Source: Craspedostauros australis (lineage: Eukaryota). Taken from it: 64,000 bases of DNA. The notes beneath the pieces are model-generated. The model was given only the letters and a program-made list of their open reading frames with translations, made no database searches and was not told the DNA's origin. The stretch covers positions 1-64,000 of the forward strand of contig JALAGF010005068.1 in NCBI GenBank assembly GCA_030167865.1, in the 5' to 3' direction. The position numbers and the translations under genes were made by a program. Shown here piece after piece: positions 36,580 to 49,282 of this stretch (the first letter of the stretch is position 1; each line of letters starts with the position of its first letter).

Positions 36580-37860
36580 TCAAACCTCCATGCGATTGGC
36601 GAGAGCCGCGGAATGGTACTTTTGATGATCAGACAGCGGATCACGGTACGACCCGAATCCTGTTTTGAATCGATTGGGTGGGAAGAACGCGGTCACCGCA
36701 GTGATCGATCCAGTTTCAGCACTGTGTTGTGGTCGATGATGGTCATCCATGGCATCATCGTCCATCGTGTGATCGCCGTGTGCATCGGAGGGTTGCTTGT
36801 TGTTGTGCTGGGCCGGAAAATAGGACGCCCCCGCGGGTGCCGCAGCCCGCGCATCAGAACGCTCTGCCGTTCCAAGCGATGAATGGCCTTGCGGGCTATC
36901 GGTTGGATCGATCAAGACCCGGATGATGAGCCTGAGCAGCTCACCAAGCCACATGATGGGCGACCACTGGTCGAAGAGGACTACCGTGTCGCAGCAGGTG
37001 GATCTGGGGCTTGGCACGTCGTTGATCCCGCTTGGCGGTGCCTCGGTGATGACGATGCGTTCGATCTTGCGCCAAGACTGGCAGCTGGAAGATTCGATGC
37101 GCGAAACGAGAGGCGGGCGGTGGGGGTACATGCGTGGGATTTGAATCCAGACCGAGTGCTGCGATCCCGTGCTTTGCGCTTGGACCGTGAGAAGCAACCG
37201 CATCGAGTCGACGCGGTTGAGCTGTTCCAGCTTGGCCGAGCAAGCGGGAAGGTGGGACGCGCTGTCTTGCTGGTGAGCGTCATGCGAAAACTGAGTCTGG
37301 GGAGGCATCAGCATCCATGTGGACGCCCCGATGGCCTCCCACCCCTGCTGCGACAGCTGCTTGAGGTCCTGCTGCAACCGCAATTCCCCCGGGCTCCTGG
37401 TCAACCGTACGCGCTTGAGGGAGGATTCCACCGTGTGAAAATCCAGGTGCCCCACGCTGGATGATTCGGCGATCGCGTTTGAATGCTGCGGCACATCAGA
37501 TGACGACTCAAAGGGATTGCGGGAAGGTTGGGAAGATATTCTGTTGAACGATCGCTTCAGCTTCGTGGCCGATGTGGGTGCCGGCGCATGCGTTGGCATG
37601 GTGCTGACGTTGCTCGTGTGCAAGGACTGCGGGAACATGGCGGCGGATGCGGTGGCAAGTCTTGGGTGGTGGCCAATTTGCTGGCCATGATGGCCGTGCG
37701 GAGCCAACTGCGTGGGTTGTGGTGGAACCACAGCAAAGGAAGGGTGGTACTCGCAGGCAGGCTCATGGCCGTGAGATGTGGCTGGAATCTCTTCGCGCGA
37801 TGGCGACTGCGATGGCAACGGCATTGACATTGTCGGGGTTGTTGAGGCCATCGCGATCAT
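36580..37860 (-). CDS. Ubiquitin-conjugating enzyme (E2)-like fold protein, divergent
   Basis: SPGELRLQQDL, IPRMYPHRPPLV and WSPIMWL motifs; no HPN motif. Confidence 0.65.
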   Translation of the reverse strand: MIAMASTTPTMSMPLPSQSPSREEIPATSHGHEPACEYHPSFAVVPPQPTQLAPHGHHGQQIGHHPRLATASAAMFPQSLHTSNVSTMPTHAPAPTSATKLKRSFNRISSQPSRNPFESSSDVPQHSNAIAESSSVGHLDFHTVESSLKRVRLTRSPGELRLQQDLKQLSQQGWEAIGASTWMLMPPQTQFSHDAHQQDSASHLPACSAKLEQLNRVDSMRLLLTVQAQSTGSQHSVWIQIPRMYPHRPPLVSRIESSSCQSWRKIERIVITEAPPSGINDVPSPRSTCCDTVVLFDQWSPIMWLGELLRLIIRVLIDPTDSPQGHSSLGTAERSDARAAAPAGASYFPAQHNNKQPSDAHGDHTMDDDAMDDHHRPQHSAETGSITAVTAFFPPNRFKTGFGSYRDPLSDHQKYHSAALANRMEV

Positions 37861-39061
37861 CTTCTGCTTCTGTTTGCACTTGTATTATGTTCTACAATAT
37901 GAGTATTCCTGTTGTGTCTGTTGTCACCTCGGTTGTCTCTTTGGTCGCTTTCCGACTCTCGTTGTCGCTTCGCTTCTCCGACACACCAGAACACGAGACT
38001 TCGTTCCACAAGTATTGCGAAAGCGAGGCTGGGTGATGCTCACGTTTGACCCTGCGATGAGCAAGGTGGTTCGATGTTATCCTTGTGTGTTGCTCTGCTC
38101 GAATACAATGGACTGCGATCACGTACGAGTATCCCTGCGAACAGTTTGATGTTGTGTGGTGTGTCTCTGGTGCGATGCTGTGGTGCGATGCGGTTGTTGG
38201 AGACAGTCACCCACCCAGGAATCCTCTCTGTGTGCGAAGGAACAGATGTCTGTGCGGTTGCGGGTGGCTCGCTTTTTGTTTGTTTCGTTCGTGTGTGTGT
38301 GTTGCTGTGTGTCTGCGTGTTGTGCGTCTCTCGCTCTTGTTGCCACAAAAAATTACTCCAAGAAATCCGTCCACGATTTGGCCGCCAAAAACGACGATGC
38401 GACACAGAAAAATCGCACACCACGAGAGACTTTTCACAGAAAATGTGGCATCGCCTCCATGTCGTGACTCGAAGCACTCCGGACTCAAAACGGGATCTCT
38501 CCTCCTACGTGCATCCAGTACTGAACGTGACGACAATATCGCGTGACTGGAGAGCTCGTGATCGCACATGCCAACGGGTCATCGTGTGTCTGTAGTAGCC
38601 GTTAAGATACGTTAAACTCGAGTATTTCAACATGCCGGACATGCGCAGTGATTTCCATGCGCGCAAGTGTCTCGTGGCGCAGACCACGAAAGAGAAGAGG
38701 CGTTTGTTGTTCGTGGTGGCGATTTTGGCGATTCGCCATTTTCGCTCACTCCGGTTTTCGGGTTTGCGAGGATTTTCGCGTCGTGGTGTCGCAAACACTC
38801 CGAATGTCATGATCGGGATTTGCTGGATGTATTGTGAAGGGTGGAGGATAGGTGGAGATGGTGATGCCAGTGTCCATTGGAAGGGCACGGTTGACAATGC
38901 ATATTCTCCACGCGAAGTTCCTCAGGGCGCTTGATGACTCACCTTCATCTACCACGATGTGATGGAATCATGGGTTTGGATCATGTTCCATGGTCGCTTC
39001 CTCCAAGTGCTCTGGCGTTGATCCTGATGAAGATGCTTCCGTTCTCCAAGTTATCGACTTC

Positions 39062-39862
39062 TGTTAGCAAGTTCCGCTCACGGTAACCTACGATCATGGA
39101 AGATGGTGTTGGTTGATAGTCGTTCGTTTGCTATTTCATTACGTTGGCACTCTGATCCTCTCGGTGTCTGTCCGTTCTCTTCCCCAATGCTCTTGGTGCT
39201 TCAATCTATTTTGTAGATTCAGACTCTGACTATGAGTTGGTGTGCAAGATGCTCTCTCGCTATTCTTTGTATTCTCTATCTCTCTCTCTCTCAATATTGT
39301 GTGCTCATGCTACACGATACTTCATGTTTGATGCTTGCTCCACATTTGACACTCCGTTCGTTCACTACTGGTTCCTACTCCATGACTACTTACCATTTGA
39401 ACTTCACCTTCAGTATCCATGATCTTGATGCCCTTCGGTCATCGGATCTTCACCTTCTGCTCTGACCTGGAGACAGATGTCAACGTGGTGACACAATGAC
39501 ATCCTGTCAACGTCAGTAGGCATCCTTCTGCTCTCCAGATGTCACATTCCATTGGTGATGCAGTGGTCTGTCAGATGATATTGTCATCTGAGGTTTAGTT
39601 GGGAGGTACCTCGAGATTCTCTTGGTACCATTGATAGATGGACGGACGATCTTCCAATTCTCTCAGAAATCGTCGATTGCAAATTTCCTCCAGAAATTCT
39701 GCTCATTTTCGTGTGTTCCATTTCCCCTGTAATTCTGACGAATCACAGCATACTATCGACACGAATGTAGTTATACCGTGCAAGTGCGTATGAGAGAATA
39801 ACGGGTGAACGATGCACATATACTCGTACATCTCGACATATACTCACATGTACATCTCGACA
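39062..39862 (-). repeat. 3' LTR (family B, 801 bp, TG...CA) of a truncated Ty1/copia element
   Basis: Homologous to 5807-6708; preceded on the minus strand by purine tract AGGAAGGG and an RNase H C-terminus. Confidence 0.9.
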
Positions 39863-39882
39863 CCCTTCCTGTGTGCATTCGG

Positions 39883-40110
39883 TCATTCGAATGTTCTCGA
39901 TGTGTCAAGGTACGACTTCTCATGTTCACGTTGTAAGTCGGCCTTGATGTTCTTGGTGAATCCGTCGCTTGTGTTCTGCTCGGATTTGACGAAAATGATT
40001 TCGATAGTTTTGTTGATTTCCATGTTCCTCACGCAGTAATGGTGCACGTTGATGTGCCGCGATCGTTGGGATGTTGATGGGTTCTTGGCGATGAAGATTA
40101 ATAGAGCTAA
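39883..40110 (-). pseudogene. pol: Ty1/copia RNase H C-terminal fragment
   Basis: NPSTSQRSRHINVHHYCVR...IIFVKSEQNTSDGFTK. Confidence 0.88.
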
Positions 40111-40750
40111 ACTAGTACCCACCTTAGAGAGAGACTACAAATCATTTGACCTGTCAGCATTCCAGTAGATCGAATGAATACTTCACCGGCCCCCATGCTT
40201 GGGGACAGATCCAGAACATTGAAGCAGATCTTTGGAATGTGTGTCAAGGAACCAGAAGGGTTCCAATATCCAAGCCACTGACACCCACCATTGCCAAAAC
40301 ACCGACACATGGAATCAGTGCCCCAGCAACGCACATCATCGCCCCTTGTCTCTCATGGAACTCAGCCAAGGGATCTCAATCCACAGTACTTGGGCTACAT
40401 GACCCATACACACTGTCATTCAGGACACCACAGGAGATTCTCCCGGCAGGGAAGAACCATAGCACTAATCTCATAATCCACACATTTCTTCACCCATCAT
40501 CAGTATTCTGAATTGACTACTTGTGATCCAGAGGACTCACGTTTGAACCGCTTGCCAATCAAGCCTCTGCCCTACAGCCAACAAGACCACAGCCATTACA
40601 TTTGGGATCTATTAAAACTATATAAATGTAGGTTGTGTTTTCTATGAGGGGCCGTGCAAGCTTGGGCCGAAATGCATTCTGGATGGACCGCACCGCTTTT
40701 CGCTCACACGGGTCGTATGGTGTTGCACTGATAGGCTATGTATGTGATGA

Positions 40751-43672
40751 TTAGAGTTCTTCACAGGCAGATGGGGATGGCCCAGGGCAATCCGCTTCTG
40801 CGTCATCGATTACGTACGTGGCTGTGTCTGACAAACACAATGCTCCTCCGGCACAACTAGTACAGGGGGCGGCTTCCGTGCAGACTCCTTCTTTGACGAT
40901 GACGTCATTTTTTGCATCTTCACTGTAGGCAACTCTAAAGCACGTCTTCTCGCCCGAGCACGCACCAGCTTCGATGATCACGTTTCCTGCAGATTTTTCG
41001 AGTTTGCCATGGAAACCCTGACAAGCTTTCTCCCCTTGGCACGCATTCTTTCCAATGAAGACACTTGCCACAATCGGGTCCGTGGTTGTAGACCCTTGGT
41101 TGCTTCGCCGCACCATGGAAGCGCATGAACTGTCTGAATCACATGCTCCTTCTTCCACTCGTACATCGCCAAAGGTATTGTATCCAATAGTCTGGCAACT
41201 CAGTCGGTCAAGACAAGCTCTTGGTCCGATCACCCTGAACCCAACCACGACACCAGCAGCTGGCTGAAGTGGGAAGAAACGTCCCGAACCATCGCAAGCA
41301 TTGGTTCCCTTGCAACTGTCAAGTATGATTGTGTCGGGATGTGCGTTGATGCACGAATTGGATCCGAGGCATGACCCTGAGCTCACCGTCATGACACCGC
41401 CACCAAAAGGGTCAATGGTACAAGCCCGAAAACCGCTGCAGCATGAGTCATTGCACGCAGTCGTCACCACAGACGCGCTACCAGTGAAGAGCTTCTTGTT
41501 CTCATTCACGATCGCCAACAATGCTTTGGTCACACTTTCATCGTTCCTGATCTTGTTAAAGCGTTCCTGTGCCACTTGTTGTGTCACGACGTTCGGCGTT
41601 CCTTCATGACTGCATCCAAAGATGCTCTTGACCATATTGCCCTTGTTGCCAAGGGCGTCCACCGCAGCGACAAACTCAGCGCATGTACCTGTTGCACCAT
41701 CGCACAAGACGTCATCAGTGATGGTATTGAACGTTGATGTCTCGTCACCCGGTTTTTCGAGACATCCTACGGTGAAGAATGCTGGGGGGGTGAGAGTCGG
41801 ACTACTTGTTCTTGTAGGCTGTTGCGAAGGCTGTGAGCTTGGTGCAACTGACGGCATGTCAGATGGTTGGGTGGATGGGAGTGCGGACGGCTGTGAGCTT
41901 GATGACGGCATGTCAGATGGTTGGGTGGATGGGAGTGTGGACGGAAGGGCTGATGGGATTTGCGACGGCTCCTCGGATGGAAGGTCCGAAGGCTGTGCAG
42001 ACGGTTCCTCGGACGGGATTTGCGATGGTCTGCTCGACGGGAGCGAGCTTGGGATATCTGACGGCATCTCAGACGGGACTCGCGATGGAGCGTCTGACGG
42101 AGAAAACGAGGGCGTCCGAGACGGAGAATTGGTTGGGGCGCTGGTTGGACTGGATGTGAGAGGTGTGGGGAAAGGAGTGGGAGAAAAGGTTGGGCAGTCT
42201 GTGGGCAAGGTGCCCTTGCCAATGCAGTACTCCTCCACCTTGTCACCAGTAGGATTTCCCCCAGAGCTGCTGCCTCCCTTTGGACAGGCTCCATCGACAT
42301 CGCTGATGAAGTAGAATTCATCGGGGCTGCACTCCATCTTCGTCATGCACCCCTTGCAGCCGTTGACACTGCCACATCCACCAGGAGGGACGATGATGTC
42401 CGTTCTCATCCTGTCATTGAAGCCCATCTTCTCGCATGACCCATCGGCAGTGCAACCACCAGCACCAATGGTCAGGCTGCCTGCACGCTTGCCAGCAGTA
42501 CCATGGTTGACAGTGGAATGGGCATCCTTGCAGGCGTTGCTGCCAACGCACGCATTCGGGCCAATGTCAATGTGGCTGCGGAAGCGATATGATGGTGCTG
42601 ATTGCTCCACACGGCGGCCAGTGGAGTTGCATGCGTCAGATCCAACGCATGCGCCAGTCTGGATGGTGACATCACCATGAGAGCGACGTCCCACTCCCTC
42701 ACAAGATTGAAGGGTGGTGCATGCCATCTCACCAACGAAGGTGACTCCCATGATCAAGGGATTGGTCTCGTTCTCATTCATCAACTCACATGAGCTGTCT
42801 CCAGTGCAGGAGAAATCGAGGATGAGGGGATTGGGGCCCATATCCTTGCATGCGCTGTCACCGGTGCATGCCGTGATGGCGACGGTCATGAATGGAGGAG
42901 AGCTAGAGGCGGAACCGGTGACCGAAGTGCATCCCGAGGATCCCTGGCAGCATGGGTCTGCGACGGCAGGCGATTGCATCGCAGCGATGGCCGCGCATGC
43001 TGCCTTCATGGCATCCGGACGTTCGGTGACGAGGATCGCCTTGGTGGCAGCGACCATGGCCAATTGGGCAGAAAGGATATCGCTGGATGCGTACTTGCTG
43101 AAGAGCTTGCGTGCAGCTCCTTCGCCGAGGTCTCCTGCGCATCCGAAGAAGTTCTGCAGCTCTGCGGATTCCTTGACAGCGGTCACGGCCTCGCGGCACG
43201 ATGGCTTGGTGGCATCGCAGATGATGGTTTTGGTGCTGGCTTCGGCAAGGGCGGTGTCACCGTCTGGCTTGCAAGCGACTTCGATGGTGGAATCAAAGGA
43301 GTCTGGGTCAGATGTTGGTTGAGTCGTAGGCGACATTGAGGGCATCTCAGTTGGAGGGCCCGTCGGTGAGGTAGTCGGAGGACCCGTGGGTCCGGCAGTC
43401 GGCGATCCAGTCGGCAACGCGGTTGGCGCAGAGGTCTCGGGAGTACCCGGGTTGTCTGTGGGAGGCTCTCGTTCGGCCTTGTTTTGTTTCGCCGCCTTCA
43501 CGTTGTCATCAGCGCCGACCTTGAGGGCGCGGATCCTGTTCATCGCTGTGCGGAGTTCCTTTGTTGGATCCAAGGGAGTCCGGTTGCCACGGAGCACGGC
43601 GTGAGTCAACACCATGTCGGAGAGGAAGAGCACAGCCACAAGGGCTGCCTTCATGTTGATCATGCGGATCAT
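40751..43672 (-). CDS. Secreted Cys-rich repeat protein with Pro/Ser/Thr mucin-like linkers and an internal duplication
   Basis: Signal peptide MKAALVAVLFL...THA-VLRG; PT/PS repeats; many C-x-G-x-x-[AS]-C units. Confidence 0.85.
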   Translation of the reverse strand: MIRMINMKAALVAVLFLSDMVLTHAVLRGNRTPLDPTKELRTAMNRIRALKVGADDNVKAAKQNKAEREPPTDNPGTPETSAPTALPTGSPTAGPTGPPTTSPTGPPTEMPSMSPTTQPTSDPDSFDSTIEVACKPDGDTALAEASTKTIICDATKPSCREAVTAVKESAELQNFFGCAGDLGEGAARKLFSKYASSDILSAQLAMVAATKAILVTERPDAMKAACAAIAAMQSPAVADPCCQGSSGCTSVTGSASSSPPFMTVAITACTGDSACKDMGPNPLILDFSCTGDSSCELMNENETNPLIMGVTFVGEMACTTLQSCEGVGRRSHGDVTIQTGACVGSDACNSTGRRVEQSAPSYRFRSHIDIGPNACVGSNACKDAHSTVNHGTAGKRAGSLTIGAGGCTADGSCEKMGFNDRMRTDIIVPPGGCGSVNGCKGCMTKMECSPDEFYFISDVDGACPKGGSSSGGNPTGDKVEEYCIGKGTLPTDCPTFSPTPFPTPLTSSPTSAPTNSPSRTPSFSPSDAPSRVPSEMPSDIPSSLPSSRPSQIPSEEPSAQPSDLPSEEPSQIPSALPSTLPSTQPSDMPSSSSQPSALPSTQPSDMPSVAPSSQPSQQPTRTSSPTLTPPAFFTVGCLEKPGDETSTFNTITDDVLCDGATGTCAEFVAAVDALGNKGNMVKSIFGCSHEGTPNVVTQQVAQERFNKIRNDESVTKALLAIVNENKKLFTGSASVVTTACNDSCCSGFRACTIDPFGGGVMTVSSGSCLGSNSCINAHPDTIILDSCKGTNACDGSGRFFPLQPAAGVVVGFRVIGPRACLDRLSCQTIGYNTFGDVRVEEGACDSDSSCASMVRRSNQGSTTTDPIVASVFIGKNACQGEKACQGFHGKLEKSAGNVIIEAGACSGEKTCFRVAYSEDAKNDVIVKEGVCTEAAPCTSCAGGALCLSDTATYVIDDAEADCPGPSPSACEEL

Positions 43673-46600
43673 GGTTGCTTGTCGGTTGCTTGAATTGCGC
43701 ACTGCAATTCATTTTCGTGTTCGACACGGAGAGAGCAGCGCAGAGCAGAGCAGTGCGGATCGCGGGCATATGTACTCGTACCGGCGGGATACGAGAGGTG
43801 TGGGATCACGTTGAGTTGGGCAGAGCAGAGCGGAGTTGGAGGCGATGGCACAGTATTCCGCCACCATGCAAAGCAAGCGCATGATCGAAACGACAGGCGT
43901 GGGGGACGTGTGGCATCATTACGCAGCACACCTCCCATGACGATGGCAGCTGATCCGATGGGAGCGGCCTGCCCAAATGTTGCCGGCGATGCTGATGCTC
44001 CTGATGTGTGCATCTGCTTGAAGCAGCACGCTGTGTCGGGCAGGATGAGTGCTGCGAACGAATCCTCCCGTCATTGGCTCCTCGCCACGCAGACATTCAT
44101 TCATCTTGCAAACCTGCATCTGCAATTGATCGAGGAGCGGAACGCACCTCTGTCGTTGGCGGGAGAGAGGCTTGTGATCTCTTGGCAACGTTTGTCGATT
44201 GCTGTGTTGTGATGCTGCGCCTCGGAGGACAATCTGTTCGTCGATTGTTTTTGTGGCGGGTGCTGTGTGGATGTTGTGAAGGCAAGGAAGTGATTTTCGC
44301 AGACGCAAATCCACATGCGCGTGGTAGCGAGAGACACAAAGGGGAATAGTGCGATGGACACTGTGGTTTTATTGATGTGCCAGCAACAGATGGACGCTTC
44401 TCCATCCACTGATCTGCTCGTTCGTGCACACACGCACGCACTTGTGGAGAAAAGCATTTGGAGGAACATTGCTCGTTCATTCGCCTGTTGCTCATTCGAT
44501 CTTTCATCTCTTCAACACAGTCCAACAGTGTGATCCACACCAATAACATCGGATTCCAAAACAAGGAGATTCGTTCCGTATTCATACGAATTGGAGGAGT
44601 TTGACTCAGTTGCGTTCGCACTGGCGTTGATGAAGTCGTTGGTAGAGGTTGCGCCCTGGTGCAACACTGCTGTAGTGGTTTGACAAGGCCCCGCCAGTTA
44701 CCGCTTGCAACACACACGGATCACACCTGCACACCTTGGTCCTTGCGTGTTCCATGCCATGTTCCTATTTTCTCTGTGACCACCTTCGCTCATTTCTAAA
44801 TGTTATCACGTCGAGGCTGTGACCACGACCAATTCTGACAGAATTTAAAGCCTTCGTGCTTCACCAATGGCATTTCTTGATCCGCTTTATTTATTGGTGT
44901 GTGTCACGGAGAAACTCTGGGAATGACGTTTGTATTGAATTGATGCCGTGACGAGACACACAAGTATGCACAGCCTCCGAAAATAGCGAAGTCGTAATAA
45001 TTGTTTGGTTAATTCTGATCGTGGTGTGTCAATGTCGTGATATGTTTGCATCCAGATTCGCCGGCGCTTTTGTGGCCTGCCAATTCCCACGAAGTTATTC
45101 TCTCCTGCTTCGGTCATTCAGCGGATAAAACTCGAAACATCAAACACGCAATGCGCGTCATCATCGTGTGCATGGCGAAGCCGTGACCATCCGATGAATT
45201 GGCAGAAGACAGAGACCTACATGAATGCAACACGAGAGAGCCAGAGCTTCGGATGGAATCGCCAAGAGTGATGCCGCACTTCAATGTGCTCCGTGTGGTA
45301 TACTCGTGGATGCTGCAGTCGAACAGTCCTCTCAATCACCCCAAACACATGTTCTGTCTATGATAGAAATGTTCTGCTTTCGCAAGGGGCAGCGTGGGAG
45401 CAGCGACATTCGTACCAGCATCATCGGTGGCAACAAAAGCAGCGACACTGTTAACCGCATCGCCAACGGCAACACATCATGAGCGTGTGTGTGATGAGTG
45501 TCACTGCTTGTGCGAAGCGCTCCCCCGACAAAGATAAGAACCTTTGGCTCAGAGAAACGCAAATGTGAAGGAAAACTCTTGGGCCTGGCGTTCACAAGTG
45601 GTGTGACGAGACGATGGAAGCGGGGAAGTGGTTGTCGCAACATCCCTCCGAGGCGTAGCAATTCTGACGATCGGCAACTCGCAACGAACTTTTAACACTC
45701 CAGACCGAGGAACACCAAAGACATTGAGGGACAGAGCGATGCCAGACCAACTCACATTGGTCCACAAAACACAGCACAGCGGGAGCGCTGGTTGATCTGC
45801 AGGGTGTTTGGTGCGAGGCATCATACTGTACTCTGGTGTTGAGTGCTCTCTCTCCCTGCCGTGGTTGGGCGATGCACGTGTTCGCATGTTAACCCCATTT
45901 TAACCGTTTCACATGTATCCCTGTTTGCGACAACCGAAACGATGGACACGATGGCAACCACACAAGATTCCATTTCAATGACCTGTTTGATACAGTTGAC
46001 TTATTGGTTCAAGAGCACTCGCAGAAAAAGAATGTACTCTGCGTTTGTGGGACCAAGTGGAATGAGATCAGCCAAGTGCGTCCTTGACGTCGTGGGGTTA
46101 CGGGAGTGCTTCAATTGAAAGTCAAATTGAATTTATTAGCGTGTCCATACAGGTCGCACGATTTCAGGACACACGCTAGTGTGAGCTCCACACAACAATG
46201 GGCGGTGAGACAAACCAGAGTCCACAAACAGGAGAATGCCAGTGTTGGACAACACAAATAGAGTAGTCATACGATCCAGACATCACCAAGCCATCAACCC
46301 ACTCGCTCACAATACGGCAATGGACAACCATCAATCACCCACGACAACACCTCTTGCAATGTTCATTCAATCTGGAATAGTTTGTGGATCAAAGTTGGAT
46401 TTGGTGTGCTGTTGAGACACAATCTGGAGGGAAGACCTTGCTGGCTGCCAGTTTCAAGGAAGCTGTTTGATGCAGTTTGTGAGGGGTGAGCGCTTGGGTA
46501 GTATTTGTAGTAACAATGGTAGAGTAGTAGCATATGTGCTGATCTTGTCTTTAGATAAGTAAAGTGGTGGATAATACCAGAACCCAAATAAAACAACGAT

Positions 46601-46687
46601 TACACAAGTAAAGACAAAAAACAACACACATCAACAAAAACCAGTACGATCTCTACAGAAAATTGTACAGGACACGAAAGATCCAAA

Positions 46688-47157
46688 ATGACGATGAAGG
46701 CAACCAAACAAGTTAGAATCATGGAAGACAAAGCTGACAACATAGAGATGGTGGAAGTGCAAGGGCTAGCGGTGCAAACTGCAACACCCAAGCCACCTAC
46801 CAAGCCAAATCCGAGCAACACCAAGGAAGAACTGATGGAGAAACAAGGAGGAATAGCAACAACATGGAAGGACCAGGACACAGTGAGATGAAAAAACTCA
46901 ATGAAAGGATCGCACAACAAGCAAAAGGATTTGGACCAGACAAAAGATATGGCAAGGACGATCGTGCAATGCACAACCAAGTGAAGAAAGCATTCATCAA
47001 GATAGCAATGTGGGACAAGACGGACACGTCTCTGGTATCAGCAAGCATGCCAAGTATCAAGGAAATGACTGTGCTTTTCCAAACAGTGATGGATGGGCGC
47101 ACGACAATACTGGGCAAATCCAAGTCCCACCAGACGATCCCTCCAGAATGGCCATAA
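46688..47157 (+). pseudogene. Frameshifted ORF remnant, probably TE-derived
   Basis: Two overlapping short ORFs in A-rich, CpG-poor DNA next to an LTR-like fragment; no diagnostic motif. Confidence 0.3.
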
Positions 47158-47194
47158 ACCAATTGGTTGCGGACCTGTCACTCACTGATCCAGC

Positions 47195-47360
47195 TGTCAA
47201 CGTCTAGATCGAAATCAGGCTAATATCACAACTGACTGAAATGTGATTCAACGTGATTGTTAGTATAGTCAGATGAGTCTTGATGATGCAAATGGTGTTC
47301 AGATTCTACTGTCATTGGAACTGATGTTGGGACTGACATCAGAGATGACATCAGAGGATC
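47195..47360 (+). repeat. LTR-like fragment (family C)
   Basis: TGTCAACGTCTAGATC...CAGAGGATC, similar to 5633-5800. Confidence 0.65.
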
Positions 47361-49282
47361 AGACACTGAGATCCAATGTTAGAACCTAATCGTAGATGGG
47401 TTTGAAGATACCGCACCGAGAACGTAGAGTGATCAAGTCGTTGTTGTTGGTGAGGAGAGTGTTTGTTTACNNNNNNNNNNNNNNNNNNNNNNNNNNNNNN
47501 NNNNNNNNNNNNNNNNNNNNNNNNNNNNNNNNNNNNNNNNNNNNNNNNNNNNNNNNNNNNNNNNNNNNNNNNNNNNNNNNNNNNNNNNNNNNNNNNNNNN
47601 NNNNNNNNNNNNNNNNNNNNNNNNNNNNNNNNNNNNNNNNNNNNNNNNNNNNNNNNNNNNNNNNNNNNNNNNNNNNNNNNNNNNNNNNNNNNNNNNNNNN
47701 NNNNNNNNNNNNNNNNNNCTTCTCACGATGTTGCTAGTAGTACGATCACACGATTGATCGTATTCACTTGAGAAGGTCATGGCAAGATTCGCACGTGTCA
47801 CATCCAAGATCCAAGTCTGTCCTGATTGGGCAGATTGGCTCATCTTGGCAAGAAATCAATTTCCGCGACATTTTGGATCTGTGATTGAGGGAAAACGATT
47901 CTTGCGACGCGAAATGCGACACAAATTTGACACAACGGATTTTCGACCAAAATTTCCGTTCGGAACGGAAAAGGTATAAAAAGTGGAGATTTCTGATTGG
48001 TCGACGGGTGTCGCTATTGTTAGAGATTTAGCGTGCGCTAATATCCAAGGAATCAAGATCATGTGATAGTCGTGATATTCTGACATGTCCAGTGACACCA
48101 GGTGCATCAGTGGGCATGTGGTAACAGCAATTAGGAGACAGCCTTATGATGGCAGGGATGATGTATGCATCCTGCTGACATTGACAGGCCAAGATATATT
48201 GACACCATGAGAGTCCAAGATGAGACAAGATCAGACAGAGATGAGGAAAGACCCAAAGGGGAGAATAGCATGAGATACTGCGCAATCAGCATGACAACCT
48301 TGGGCAACAAAGTAGAGAGAATTCATGATGGACCACAATGGCATTGAACAGAACAGTAGGAAGACCTGATGATGAACCACAACAGAATCAGGAAAGATAG
48401 CAGAAATAGTGCAAGAATGCACCAACCTGGGATGAATGAGATCTTGTTCTCACAATCTTATCAATCATCAATTGACTACAACTACCATAACTTAGCAAAA
48501 CCAAAGACCAAACATAGCAGACTCCACCTGATGGATTGATCAGCCTGGCAGTGTAGTAAGTGTAGTGTTTGGTGCCCTGACCTGTATGCAATTGTTGATT
48601 ATCAAGGACCTATCATTGTCATTGATCCATGGCAGATGAAGACTATCAGTAAGTATCTGGCATCATCAGTTGTACATATGACAAGTCCAATGCAATAGAA
48701 CACTCTCTAGGGTAGAGTCCTGTACCATCTCTCTCTCTCTCTCTCTCTGCAGATTGTTATGTACCGTGGAACAGTGTTTCAGCCCGCTTTCACCGAAGGA
48801 ACTGGATCGTCCAAGAAAGGAACATCCGGGTCGCATGAATCGAACTGCATTCCAACGAAATGAGCAAAAGTTCATTCCGACAATCCGAAACCTCGTCCCA
48901 AACACAACCCACACAACACGACGCAACGCAATACCCATGGCGACGCAACCAAACACAGCACAACCAGACCATTTCCACCACACACTTTTGTGCAACCATT
49001 TCACCTGCTCCATACCACTCCACGAGCACACACAACCGTACGATTAGTCCCTCACCTGAGCGGTTGCTTCCTTCCGCCAAGAACAGAGGTGACATCAGAT
49101 ATCATCGACGCTTGCTTGCTGGCGATAGGAGTAGTGTGGCACAGAAATTTCACGCAATTGGAAAGCACAACAACGTGACTGCTGCTCGTTCTTGGCAGCA
49201 GCGCAAGCAAGACTTGCTCTCATCAAACAAGCGAAGGCGAGAAGTGAAGCAAAGGAAGACATTCGGCAAAGAGATTATCGAC

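Noticed and set aside
44000-46300. Short ORFs in the intergenic region
   Set aside because: No recognisable motifs or coding bias; could be decayed TE but unsupported
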